Below are positions 35,783 to 48,153 of a stretch of DNA of 64,000 nucleotides, one piece after another. How positions within the stretch are numbered: the stretch's first letter is position 1; every line of letters starts with the position of its first letter. Under the pieces are notes generated by a model, which worked only from the letters and a program-made list of their open reading frames with translations, did not search any database and was not told the DNA's origin. Source of the DNA: Octopus vulgaris (Eukaryota). The position numbers and the translations under genes are program-made. Where the stretch lies: the NCBI GenBank assembly GCA_951406725.2, contig OX597815.1, positions 127,162,001 through 127,226,000 on the forward strand. Reading direction: 5' to 3'.

Positions 35783-38649
35783 ATTCTGGTGTTTTGGTTA
35801 TGTATTCATCATGCATCTATTCTTTGTATTATCTCAAGGTTGCTGATATTATGGGGGATTGTTTGTTTTCAATCACATTATACTTATAGACATCGCTTCT
35901 TGTATGTCTTCATACTTGGAAAGTGACCTTATTTCTTTCTGTTAGGATGCCTTTTTTTTTTTGTTTTTTCTTCTTTCTTGGGGTTATTTAACTTAATATC
36001 ACTGCTTGTGTAAATCTATATGTACAGTCACTTTCACCTTCTGTAGAATCCTTTTGTAGTGTAGATTTGCACCACCTCTTTCCTTCAATGATTTCACAAT
36101 AATGGCATAATGTCAAATGTATGAAACCTCCAACTCTGTCAGGTATGCATATATTCCCTTTTGTCATAGACTGAACTAATTATTTCTTTACAACCTCCAC
36201 ATATTTTACATTTCCAACTTCGTTACAAGTTTTTGCAGTTTCTGGTGTGTTGCTTTGTTCTTGTGCCACAAATCAAAAATAATTTAGTCTCAGCTGTAAG
36301 TTCTAAGCTTTTCAGCCAGTCCTGAGTTTTCCCTATTATTTATTGCCCTCTTTCTTCTTTTCAGCCTTTTCATCTATTGGCCATGTAGTGTCTTTCCTTT
36401 GCATCATTTTATCATGCTAGTTCTCTACCTCCATTTTGAACTTTTTGTTTCCACAATATCTCTTGTTATTTTTCTATCATCCTCACAGATGAAGGTTATT
36501 TCAACCTCAATTTTGTAGTTAATGGTCTGATAAGAAATAAAAAGCAGTTTTGCTTTTATTCTTGTTCATCTTTTGTCACCCTTTGTATTAGTCTCCTTTT
36601 ATTCTTAAATACTTTTGTAGTCCCACATTTGATATCTTATAATAGTTTTCTACATGCATAATACCCCTACATCCCAGTATTCATGGTGAATATAATATTC
36701 GTATGTCAGATTTTGAGTGGCATATTCTAAATAAATATTCATTATTTCCAGTCTGGTCTAACCAAATCATTTAGCATCCAGTTGAGAATATTAAGCTATA
36801 ACTAATTACCAATTCAGCAAAAGTATTGATGTGCATGAACTTTTTTAAGAATTAATCTAATAAATTTGTAATATTCTACCCTAACATTTTCTTTCATTTA
36901 TACATTAGTTATCTGCTAATCATAAATCTGTCTCAATTTAATATTCATTTAGGTATAATATGGTATGTCTATATTTTATATATTTCCCTCACTTTTTAGG
37001 TGGCTTTGGTACATTGTTTTAAAAGGTATTTTGTACTAATCTCCATATTAAAGCTGTACACCATGTCTCACATGCAAGGTTTCTTGCTTTTCATGTGCAG
37101 AATACAACTTGAGTACATTAACTTTTAACATTGTATTGAAAATTTTCAAAGTTAAAATCTCAGTGCTGCAATAACTGAGCAGAAAATATCTGCAAATGGG
37201 TTTGTTTATTCAAATGTTTATAAGTCTTTCATTATGGCCAGATTATTGTCAAAATAGACAGTATTGTAGAAAAGACTTAGTCTTATTTGTTTTGAATTTT
37301 ATGTATACAAATGAGATTGTTAATTAATGTCATAATATTAACTGAAAACAGATACAATATTAAAAAAAATGATGAAAAGAAAGATATTGGTAATAAATAT
37401 GGGCATACAAACATCACAAACAAAATACGTGCATTTTCAAGCAGATTTTTAAGTTCATTATTGTTAACTCAATGATAAATATACCCAAGTCTGCCCAAAT
37501 TTCAAAGCATTGGAAGAAAGTGATAGATCCTTATAGCTTCTTAGTTGTACTGTTGAAATTACAAGAAGAAAAAATTGAGAAAAGATATTCAACAAAACAA
37601 AAAGGCTCACTGTCTAAACATTCTTCAGACAATATTTTGTTCAAGTTACTCAATGAAAAATTAGACAGATCAAAGTCAGATATTGAGTGTGCATGAAAGA
37701 GATATATTCCTCTAGTTATCCCCTTCAAAGACTTATCTGCCATAACAATTTTTAAAAATAAGTTTCTATAAAACAGAGTCTAGGAAAAAATCACAAAAAT
37801 TCAGCAACACATTGTGTTGATGCTAATAACAAACATTGCAAAACATAAATGATTTTCTTCGATTAGAGAGTTCATAACCTTCTTTACAACAAACGTAAAC
37901 GAAGATGGTTTGGTCCTATTTGTTGTATAGAATGTTAAGAGTTAATATATAACAGAAAGTTGTTATCGAAATGCTTATACCCATAGTCAGTCTGGCTTAG
38001 CATTTATTCCAGAGGAACAATACCATGCAGAAAAGGTATGAGGACAGAGAGTCTACGTGGAATATTCTTCTTCTAACAGCAATGTAGTTCATTTTTATGT
38101 TTACCTCTTCTGTTTGAATCTCCAAATTTATTTCTCATTCATTTCACATGGTTGGTGTATCCACTTGTGATTGGCTAATGTTTCAAGAATCCATGAGTGG
38201 AGAACACTATAAAAGCCTTCTGGATACCAATCAACCTATGCCAAGACCTGACACTTTTTTCTCATCCTAGAGTTTTCAGTTATGATTTAACTGATTATTA
38301 AGTGATCTTTGTATGCATAGGTGCAGGAATGGCTATGAAGTTAAATAGTTCATTTAACAACAAAATAGTTTTGGTTTTAGTCCTACTGAGCAGCACTTTA
38401 GTCTTCTACTATAATATTCAGACTGTCCAATGTCTCGTGAGTAAATTTGGTAGATGAAAATAGAAGGCTGTTGTAATATATATGTTTGTCTTTACGTTCA
38501 GAGTTCAAATTCTGCCGAGATTAACCTTGTTTTTTAGCCTTTCTGGGACGATAAATTAGGCACCAGTTGCATACTTGGATCAATCTAATCGACTGCCCCA
38601 CTTCCTTAACAATTTTGGGCCTTGTGCCTAGAGTAGAAAAGAATATATG

Positions 38650-39480
38650 TGAGGGTACCCAAAAGAAGCCAGGATTTTGCAATATTATTTTATTCACACA
38701 GTTCTATATGTTTACACTTTGATCACTTTTCTCCATTTCAAGCAATGCATCATTCCAGATGCATTTTCCACTGTTCAAAGCAGTGCTGGAACTCTTGCAA
38801 AATGATGTATTTTAACATCTCTGTTGTTTTTCACTTCACCTCTTCCACATCTGCAAATTCCCTAGCACCAACTTTCCTCACCAGTGATGACCTTCAACAA
38901 AAAAAAAAGGTCTGGATCAATTTCCAAATATTCTTTCAGTTCATGACATGGATTCAGTTGTGATTGGTTTTGATCTTCCGAGAGTGAGTGAGGCACAAAT
39001 TTTGCTGCAACTCTTTTCATTCGCAATTCCTTGCTCAAAATTTGTTGGCAGGAGCTCCAAGACACACCAATCATATCAACAAGTTTGTCAACTGTCAGTG
39101 ATGGTATTCCAAGATCGGTTCATGAATTTTCATGATGGTTTTAATCATTCAGGAGGTCAATGGATATCCTGAATGAAGTTGGTTTTCAAGTGACAAATGA
39201 CCATTCCTAAAAAGTGGAAATCACTCATAAACTTGTGTTTTGCTCATGGCAGTGTCTTTGTAAGTTACTTGAAGCATAACAACTGTTTTGGCAGCCATTT
39301 TCCCCAGTAGAAAACAGAAATTCATGGACACATACTGTTTCTTCGTTACAGCCATCACAAAGATTAATGCACAGGGAAGAAGCACTGAAAAACAAAGACA
39401 CACCACATGGCAGTAGGACTACACTCAACGATGCTGCCCAGCATACTCGTGCTTGAGGGTTACATCAAGTGGCTTCTAGT
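38650..39480 (-). mobile_element. Tc1/mariner transposon remnant
   Basis: NFCFLLGK..KTQVYE HTH region; VAAKFVPHSL and VITGEESW motifs. Confidence 0.8.
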
Positions 39481-39559
39481 GGCAGAAGTCTGAACTACAG
39501 TGGGTTTGTCCCACAGAAAAGTGTTTCTTTCAAGATTGATCGCAAACTTTTCTTCCTTC

Positions 39560-42050
39560 CATATTCTGAAACTGTTTTCAACATCCAGTAATCTGAAGTT
39601 TTAAGGTATTGTTTGAGCCCAACATTTGATATTTTGCACAGCAGCTCAAGCGCGATCATTCCTCTAACTCTACTTCATCCAGAGAAATAAAGGTGATCCA
39701 CATCTGATTTTGAGTGATCTAATTTATTATAGGTCAAAATTTTTCCAACTTTTTAGTCCATTTTCATTATTGTTCCATTTTATGATATTGCAATCATAGG
39801 TGATAACTGGGATTGTAAGGGTATTCATAGCAGATATACATTTCATTCTTTGAGTTGAGCTCTGTTTTTAAGACAGCGCATACTCTCCTGTAGCGTTCCT
39901 TTTGATTGTTTCTTTCATGCTAGCATAATGAATACTTTAGCCTTCATTGACGTCTTTTAGGTTTGATCTTGTTCCATAATTACTACACCCACATCTTTAT
40001 CCATTAGATATGTGCTTGTCATTCTGCCTTTCACACATTTTTCCAGCCCAAACTCCACTCCTGCTTCATCACTGAACACCTTAACTCTCTTTAACAGTCT
40101 TACCAACATGTCATTTTCGGCATGCATTTTCAAATCATCCACAAAAGACAGATGGTTTGTAGGTTTTGCCATCTATTTTGTAGCCATTTTTTGTTGAGAT
40201 CTAGTATTAGTGGTCTGAGTGCAATTCAAAATATGAAAAGAGACAAAGAATTTCCTTGAAAAATACCACAGTTAATGCTTAGGCTGCAGGAATTTATATT
40301 AACATTTGTAGTGTATGACAAGGTTAGATGTGTATTCTATACATACATGTATTTCAGGAGTTTGATATTACTGGGAAAATCCTCAGAACATCCAAAGTTT
40401 TCAAAATTCATGAATGGGGGACACAATCAAATGCACTTTTTGATAATAAATCCAAGTAGTTCTCAAACTTATGTTCTTGTTATGATAGTTTAATTAGAAG
40501 TTGGTCTTCATAGCTATAAGACCCACAGTGGCAACCTTTCTGCTCAGCAGGGAAATGAATTTTGTTCATAAATTTATACATCGTCTCAGTCAAAATTGAG
40601 GTGAGCATTTTGTATGAAGTGGAGAAGCAGGCGATGGTATGATCATTTCTGAGAATATTTGTTTCTGTTGATTTTGGCAATACATATGTTACAACTTGTA
40701 CAATCCAATCAGGAGTTTATTCAGAGTTGTGGAAAATTTCATTATAAAATTTTAGCAGTATATAATGGGTAGTAGTTAGAAAAGATAACCAGAAGTTTGG
40801 CACTTTCTAATGACAAGAGATTTCTATTTGTTGGCTTTTTATAGTGCTAAGACAAGCTCTTCTATAGTTATGTCTTTCCAAGTCCTCCTCTCTAAATTAT
40901 GGACCATTTCTACTATGTTCTTTATCCATTCTCCATTCTCATCATGGGAATTTTCTGTACTCCATATTGTGTTCCAAAATTTATCAATCTCATGAATTGA
41001 AGGAGGTTCCTTTATTTAAATTGCCTGTGTCTCAATTTCCAGGTAAAAACGTCTTTTGCATCTAACATAAACAACTTTTGCCTTTAAAATTTATTTCATG
41101 TATCAAATCTGATTATTTGAGCTTTCAGCAGTACTTATTGTTTCAGGGTTTCTTTGGTTGGTAGAGAATCATATTTTGAAGTTACTTTGTATTTCTTAAT
41201 CACATTCCATCCTTATCTTGACTCGACAGATGTCCCAACATATATTTAATTCAAGGTCAATATTTCTTCACTCATCATTTCAAATTTTTCTCAACTTTTA
41301 TCTTCCAGGGTGGGAGTTTTTGTGAGTGCTGTGTTCTTTTTGCCTTTTCATTGACACACATTTCCTTTATATTACCATTACTGTGGCATATATAACTTCA
41401 TTCAGTTCTGATACATCAGGCTCCATCTCTTCAATTATTGCTTTAACAGCCTGATTTCCAATTCTTATATGTCCTGGGATTGTTGGGATTGCTTGTCAGT
41501 TTTTGCAATGACTTTCTTTCATTCATACTAATGTTTTTTACTTTTCCAAGTTCATTGAGAAATTTCTTGTTAGGGTTAGGATTAAGTTTAGGGTTAGGGC
41601 TTGGATTAGGGTTAGGGTTAGGGTTCTCGCCAATCTTAAAGCTCATGGCTAAAAATATCTTCATCCATATTGTTAATATATCTTTCAACTTAAACTTGCT
41701 CTGTGGTATTTCTGATATTTTCATTTTTTTTTTTTGTGCAATTTCTTCTGGTGACAACTTGGTCATGAAGTTTTAAGGTTTCTCTACTGTCATGTATTCA
41801 TTTTCATCCTTCCTTCGTGTTTATATTTTCAAATCTTTCCAACTTTCCTCTTGATTTCATTTAATTCTGCATCTGTTAGTCATTTGTTTCTAAGAATGTC
41901 TCTTATATTTGTAAGTTTGTTTTCATCTATGTTTGGTCTAATGTCTAGATTTCTTTCTCTCCATACCTTAAAAGAATTTACCATGTATTTGGATTCAGAT
42001 GATTTGCCCAATGAGCAATAGAATGTATATATCACTTACTTGTAAGTTTC
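39560..42050 (-). mobile_element. Old R4/Dong-like LINE, heavily degraded
   Basis: HLSFVDDLKM, FGLEKC and EQKGC motifs; homology to 50833-54000. Confidence 0.75.
41570..41625 (+). repeat. Interstitial telomeric-type repeat, about 9 TTAGGG units (6 perfect)
   Basis: Read directly from the sequence. Confidence 0.85.
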
Positions 42051-43184
42051 TCAGGTTCATTTGTAACATTTAGATCTTTGTCTTCTTAGTGCATCTGAAC
42101 TTAAAAGGACTGGATTGAGATTAATCTTATTCAAGTCCATATTTGGAGAAGAGCTTGTTTCAAATGCAAACTTTTCAACCCTAGGCTGATTCCTCCTTGA
42201 GGGATGCAGCCCTTGTTGATTCAAGTGACAACTGATCTGGTATGTGTTTTCGTCTATAGACATTGCGAATTTTTTGTATTTTTTTGTTTAGTTATACATT
42301 TTATCTGTTCCTATCAAAGGATGATTTTGTTGAAGATAATACATCTAGGACAATTATCAAACAAGACTAGTAAGCATATCCTGCCCATGAGACACAGTTA
42401 ATGTGGAAATTAGGGATAGACAAGTGGTTGATGAGAGCTATACAAGCCATGTACAGGGAGTAAGGTGTCAGTAAGGTAAGGATTGGCAATGAGCATAGAG
42501 AAGAATTCAGGGTACAAGTAAGGGTTCACCAAGTAGGGGTTTACCTCAGTTCCTTCTTGTTCATCATAGTCCGCCAGGCGATAACAGAGGAATTCAAGAC
42601 AGGTTGCCCCTATGAGTTCCTCTATGCTGATGACTTTGCTCTTATAGCTGAATCACTACCAGAACTAGAGAAAAAGTTTCAGGTGTGGAAGCAAGGTCTA
42701 GAATCAAAGAACCTTAGAGTTAAATTAGCAAAAACCAAAGTCTTAGTAAGTAGGAAGGTGGACAAATCACAAATCCCTTAAGGTAGATGGCCACAATACC
42801 TGGTGTAAGTTATGGACACATCAGAGATGCAACAATATCAGCGGAAAGTTAACAGGGCAGATAGTTTTTGTGTGTTGAAGGTGCACAGGTACAACAAACA
42901 TCAGAAACGTACAGAAAATAGATTCCATCAAATTCCAGGGGAGAAAACTAGAAGTAGTCGATAGCTTTTTTTACCTAAGTGACCAAATCAATAGCTTTGA
43001 AAGCATACCTGCTAGAATAAGAATAGGACAAAATTCAGAGAGCTCCTACCTCTCCTGGTAACAAAGTAACTCGCACTCAGAGTGAAAGGCAGACTGTATG
43101 ATACTTGTGTGTGAACAACCTTACTACACAGCAGTGAAACATGGGTTGAGACTGCTGAGGACATGCATACGCTTGAAAGAAATG

Positions 43185-43358
43185 TGTTGGCTCCTCGGCT
43201 CACAAAACCGGGGGTGCTCCCGTTTTGCTGCGAGTTGCAGTACACCGCTGCCAAGACGTCTCCAAACAAGTCTGGCATACAACTGTAAAGCTCATAGGAT
43301 AGACCATCCAAACCTGGCAATTTGTCCCTCAAGCATTCTGCCATCGCATCCCTCACTT
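43185..43358 (-). mobile_element. Internal Tx1 ORF2 fragment
   Basis: DKLPGLDGLSYELYSCMPDLFG, close to 48410-48580. Confidence 0.85.
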
Positions 43359-43378
43359 TAATAATAATAATAATAATG

Positions 43379-43424
<46 letters not shown>

Positions 43425-43425
<1 letters not shown>

Positions 43426-46400
43426 CACTGAAACAGTAAAACACGAAGACAAACGTAACATTCCCAACAAACATGATGTAAACAAAAAACAACAAACCCA
43501 GATCGTAAGGATGCATAATAATACACGACAAACAGCAAGCCAAAACATGACAAACAAACATATAAATAAGAAACAAAGCGACACAAATCTAAAACCTGGA
43601 AACAATGCAGGGGAGCCTAATGATTATGATAATATAAAAAGTAAAATAATCAAAGAACTGAAAACCACAGAGCTCAAAATGGACCACCAACCATACCTCC
43701 CAAAAATCAAAATAGACAAAACAACAACACCAATTATAAACAGCAAAAACCTAGCTGTCATGGAACTGATAGCCACTGAAACAAAAAGCGATATCACTGA
43801 GCTAAATGACTTAGTATACGCAGCAGCCACTGCAGCCACAAAAGAACCTGGATACTCACTCAAACCCATCCAAATAGGAGCACCACCACCCAAACAAACC
43901 CTGTGGATAAATAACATCCAAAACAAAATACAAAAAATGAGAAAAGATCTGTCGATTCTTAATGAAATCAGTAGACAATCAACGCTACTGAGCAACAAAA
44001 AGAAAACAAAAATACTCCACAAATATAACATCACAGAAAACGATTTACCTGAGATAAAAAGAAAGCTGAAGCAAGATATCCTTGCCAAAGCACACAGGAT
44101 CCACCGGTATGAGAAACGCCAGCGCTTCTTTGAACAAAACAAAAATTTCAACTCCAACCCCAAAAAGTTCTACCAAGAACTTGGCAAAAATAAAATAGAT
44201 ATCACTGCAGCACCAATGGCAGAAGAAATGGAAGGATTCTGGAGAGAAATATAGTTGGCAAACGAACAACCAAAAAAAAAAGGAGTATTAAAACAACAAA
44301 ATCAGCATCTGAGCAACTTTTGACCCCCATAACAACTGAAGAGGTCACCCAGGCACTGCAAAGACTAAGCAACTGGAAGGCACCTGGGCATGACAAGATC
44401 CCCAACTTCTGGTTGAAATATCAAACAGGAATGCACAAAAAGCTGACTGAAAACTTTAACAACATACTAGCAGAGCCAGAGACAATGCCTGAATGGCTCA
44501 CGAAGGGGAAAACCATCTTAATTCCCAAATCAAATGAGACAGCAAAACCAGAAAACTACAGATCAATAACCTGTCTCCCTACAATGTACAAGGCATTTAC
44601 TGCAGTGATATCGCAAAGGTTGAACAAGCACCTGGACGAAAACAACCTGTTTCCAGAAGAGCAGAAAGGATGCCGCAAAGGCTCATATGGCTGTAAAGAT
44701 CAACTAATGATTAATAAAGCCATAACTGAAGACAGCCACAGAAAGAAAAAAGGCCTCAGTATGGCCTGGATCGACTACAAAAAGGCGTTTGATAGCATCC
44801 CCCACACATGGATCCTCGAAACACTACCCATTAACAAAGTAGCACCAACAATTATAAAATTCATAGGGCACTCTATGAATAAATTGCAAACAGTGCTACA
44901 GCTCCAAACAAAAGAGGAACTCATGAAAACCAAAGCCATCCCCATTAGAAGAGAAATATTCCAGGGAGACACACTCTCTCCACTCCTTTTCTGCTTGGCA
45001 CTGTCATCTCTATCTGATATGCTAAATAGAACTGGATGCGGATATAAATGTTACGGCAAAATAATCAGCCACCTTTTATATATGGATGACCTAAAACTAT
45101 ACGCTGCAAATGACAAAAAGCTGGAAACACTATTAAAGACAGTTCGTGGATTTACCAAAAAATAGATATGAAATTTGGATTAGAAAAATGCGCCAAAGTA
45201 ACCCTGAAAAAAGGAAAACTAGTAAAGAGTAGCAACATCGCACTAGATAAAACCAATGAAATAAAAGAATTAGACCAAAGCCAAACTTACAAATACTTAG
45301 GAATCCATGAACTAGATAAGACACAACACACACAAATGAAAGAGAAAATAAAAAAAGAATATTATAGACGAGTTAGATCAATACTAAAAACAGAGCTCAA
45401 TACTAAAAACAAGATAATAGGTATTAACACTTTAGCTGTCCCAGTTATAAGTTACAGCTACAATATCCTTAACTGGACACTAAATGAACTGACCAAAATA
45501 GATAGGAAAACAAGAAAAATAATGACAGGATCTAGGATGCATCACCCAAAATCTGACATAGAAAGACTATATATACAACGTATAGAAAGTGGTAGAGGCC
45601 TTATACAGCTGGAAAACTACTATTAAATAACCACCATAGGACTGCAAAAATATCTACTTCAGAAGGAAGGAAAACTGATACAAATAGCAGCAAAACACGA
45701 GCAAAACAAAAAACTGTTCTCAGTATTTAAGGAAGCTGACAAATACAAACAAGAAATCATACCACCTAATAAATATGAAGAAGAAGAAGAAGAAGAAGAA
45801 ACAACAAAAGCTATAAAACAAATGAAATCCAAACTAAAAATAGAACAGCAAAGAACCATGATAAAACGATGGCAAGAAAAGCCCCTTCATGGTAAATACT
45901 GCACTAAACTAAATGCAAATAAATAGACAAAGAAAAATCCCAGCAATGGTTGGGAAGCTCAGGACTCAAAGCAGAGACAGAGGGATTTTTAATTGCAGCA
46001 CAAGACCAAAGCTTCCCCACCAGAAATTACCAAAAACATGTAATGAAAAGAAATATAACAAGTAACTGCAGAATATGTGGAGATGGACAAGAAACAATAA
46101 ATCATATTATCTCTGGCTGCCCAGTCCTGGCTAAGAAGGAATATATTCACAGACATGACAGAGTTGGAACCTACATACACTGGAAGCTATGCCAACATTA
46201 TGGAATAACAACAGAAAAAAGATGGTATAGGCACACACCAGAAAAGGTCACAGAAAACGAGAAAGCAACCATACTCTGGGATATGCCGAAACACACAGAT
46301 AGAGAAATTAAGGCCAACAGACCAGATATAGTTGTCAGAGATCATTAAAAAAAAATGCTTTCTAATTGATGTATCAATACCGGCAGATGACAATGTATCT

Positions 46401-46732
46401 CTAAAAGAAATGGAGAAACTTTCAAAATACAAAGACCTGGAAATAGAGGTAACCAGAATGTGGAATAAAAAAAACAGAAACAATTCCTATCATAGTAGGT
46501 GCATGAGGCATGATAAAAAAATATTCCGATAAATACATAACAAAAACACCAGGACTTACAAACACATATAACATACAGAAAATTGCACTACTAGGCACTG
46601 CACACATCCTACGCAGAACACTTTCCATACAATAACCATCAGAGCATCACAACAAATCACAGCACATACCCAAGGCACACAGAGCTGCGCTCGGTAGTGA
46701 AGTGAAAGCATGCAATAAAAATAAAACTACTG
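43425..46732 (+). mobile_element. R4/Dong-clade LINE in (TAA)n, same family as 2684-5271
   Basis: RT QGDTLSP/YMDD, CCHC and RPD endonuclease motifs; (TAA)n on both sides. Confidence 0.93.
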
Positions 46733-46733
46733 A

Positions 46734-46792
<59 letters not shown>

Positions 46793-48109
46793 CAACAACA
46801 ACAACAACAAATAATAATAACAACATTGAAAGAAATGAAGCTAGTATGCTCCATTGGATGTGTAATGTCAGTGTGTGTGCATAACAGAGTGCAAGCGCTC
46901 CTGAGATAACAGTTGGACATAAGAAGCATCAGATGTGGTGTGCAAGACAGATGACTGCACTGATATGGTCATGTGATGTGTATGGATGAGGACAGCTGTG
47001 TGAAGAAATGTTGCACTCTAATGATGGAGGGAACCTGTGGAAGTGATAGACCCAGGAAGACGTAGGATGAGGTAGTGAAGCATAATCTTCAAATGCTGGG
47101 CCTCACAGAAACAATGACAAATGACCAAGACTTTGACGATATGCCATGCTTGAGAAGACCCAAGTGAGACCATAGTCATGGCTGATGCCAATGTCGTTTA
47201 AGTGGCCCATTAAAAGCACCCTTCAATCACTGGGCAATATGCTGTGTTTGTGAAAACCTGTTGAACTGAATGAAATCATAGTCGTGACCAATACCAATGC
47301 CATCTGACTGGCATCCATGCCGGTGGCATATAAAAAGCAACATTCATGCATTGGACCCCATGGAGGCAGTGTCAGGTGACCAAGACCCTTGGCAATATAC
47401 AGTGCTTATGTTTACCTGTCAAGCTAATTAAGATCATAATCGTGAATGATACTGGTGTCAGGTCAATGGCACCCATCCAGTAGCACGTAAAAAGCACCCA
47501 CTACTCTCTCAGAGTGGTTGGCATTAGGAAAGGCATCCAGTAGTAGAAACCCTGCAAAATCAGACTGGAACCTAGTGCAGCCCTGCAGCTCACCAGTTTT
47601 CAGTCAAATCGTCCAACCCATACCAGCATGGAAAGCAGACGTTAAGTGATGATGATGATGAACAGTATATGCCAAAGTGATGCTGGGGTACAAATATGGA
47701 AAAAGCAATATACTCATCATGACAACGCACCTGATAAGGGTACACCAATTATATGCATCACAACCAATTGTGTGGAACATGGTGACCTCATTTCACAATA
47801 GACAGTACATGGTCTTGCAGATGGAACCAAGTTAGAATTTTTTTCAGATCAATTAGTCCTTCCTGCTCAAAAGTTCCTATATAAGGGTGGTCTAAGGATG
47901 ACAAATAAAAATACCTTTGTTTCCAGGGGTGAATTATTCAAGCCCCTAAAGAATCCATCTCAAAACATGCTTATGATGCTCCCCCATTACTCCGCTTGTG
48001 ATCAGAGATGCACATATCGTCAGCCACTATGGACATGCTCACCTGATTTAGGTCAAACAACTAACAAGCAAATTTGTGGTTTTGAGCAGAATATCTGGTG
48101 TTGGTGTTG

Positions 48110-48141
<32 letters not shown>

Positions 48142-48153
48142 GTCATTATTATT

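Larger units (their letters stand above)
42400..47660 (+). mobile_element. RTE LINE interrupted at 43185-46825 by a composite insertion
   Basis: YADD at about 42624; TTGAAAGAAATG duplicated at 43173-43184 and 46826-46837; (GAT)n tail at about 47648-47660. Confidence 0.85.

Noticed and set aside
35800-38300. Possible very old Dong or Penelope remnants
   Set aside because: Only faint similarity by eye; no motif secure enough to annotate
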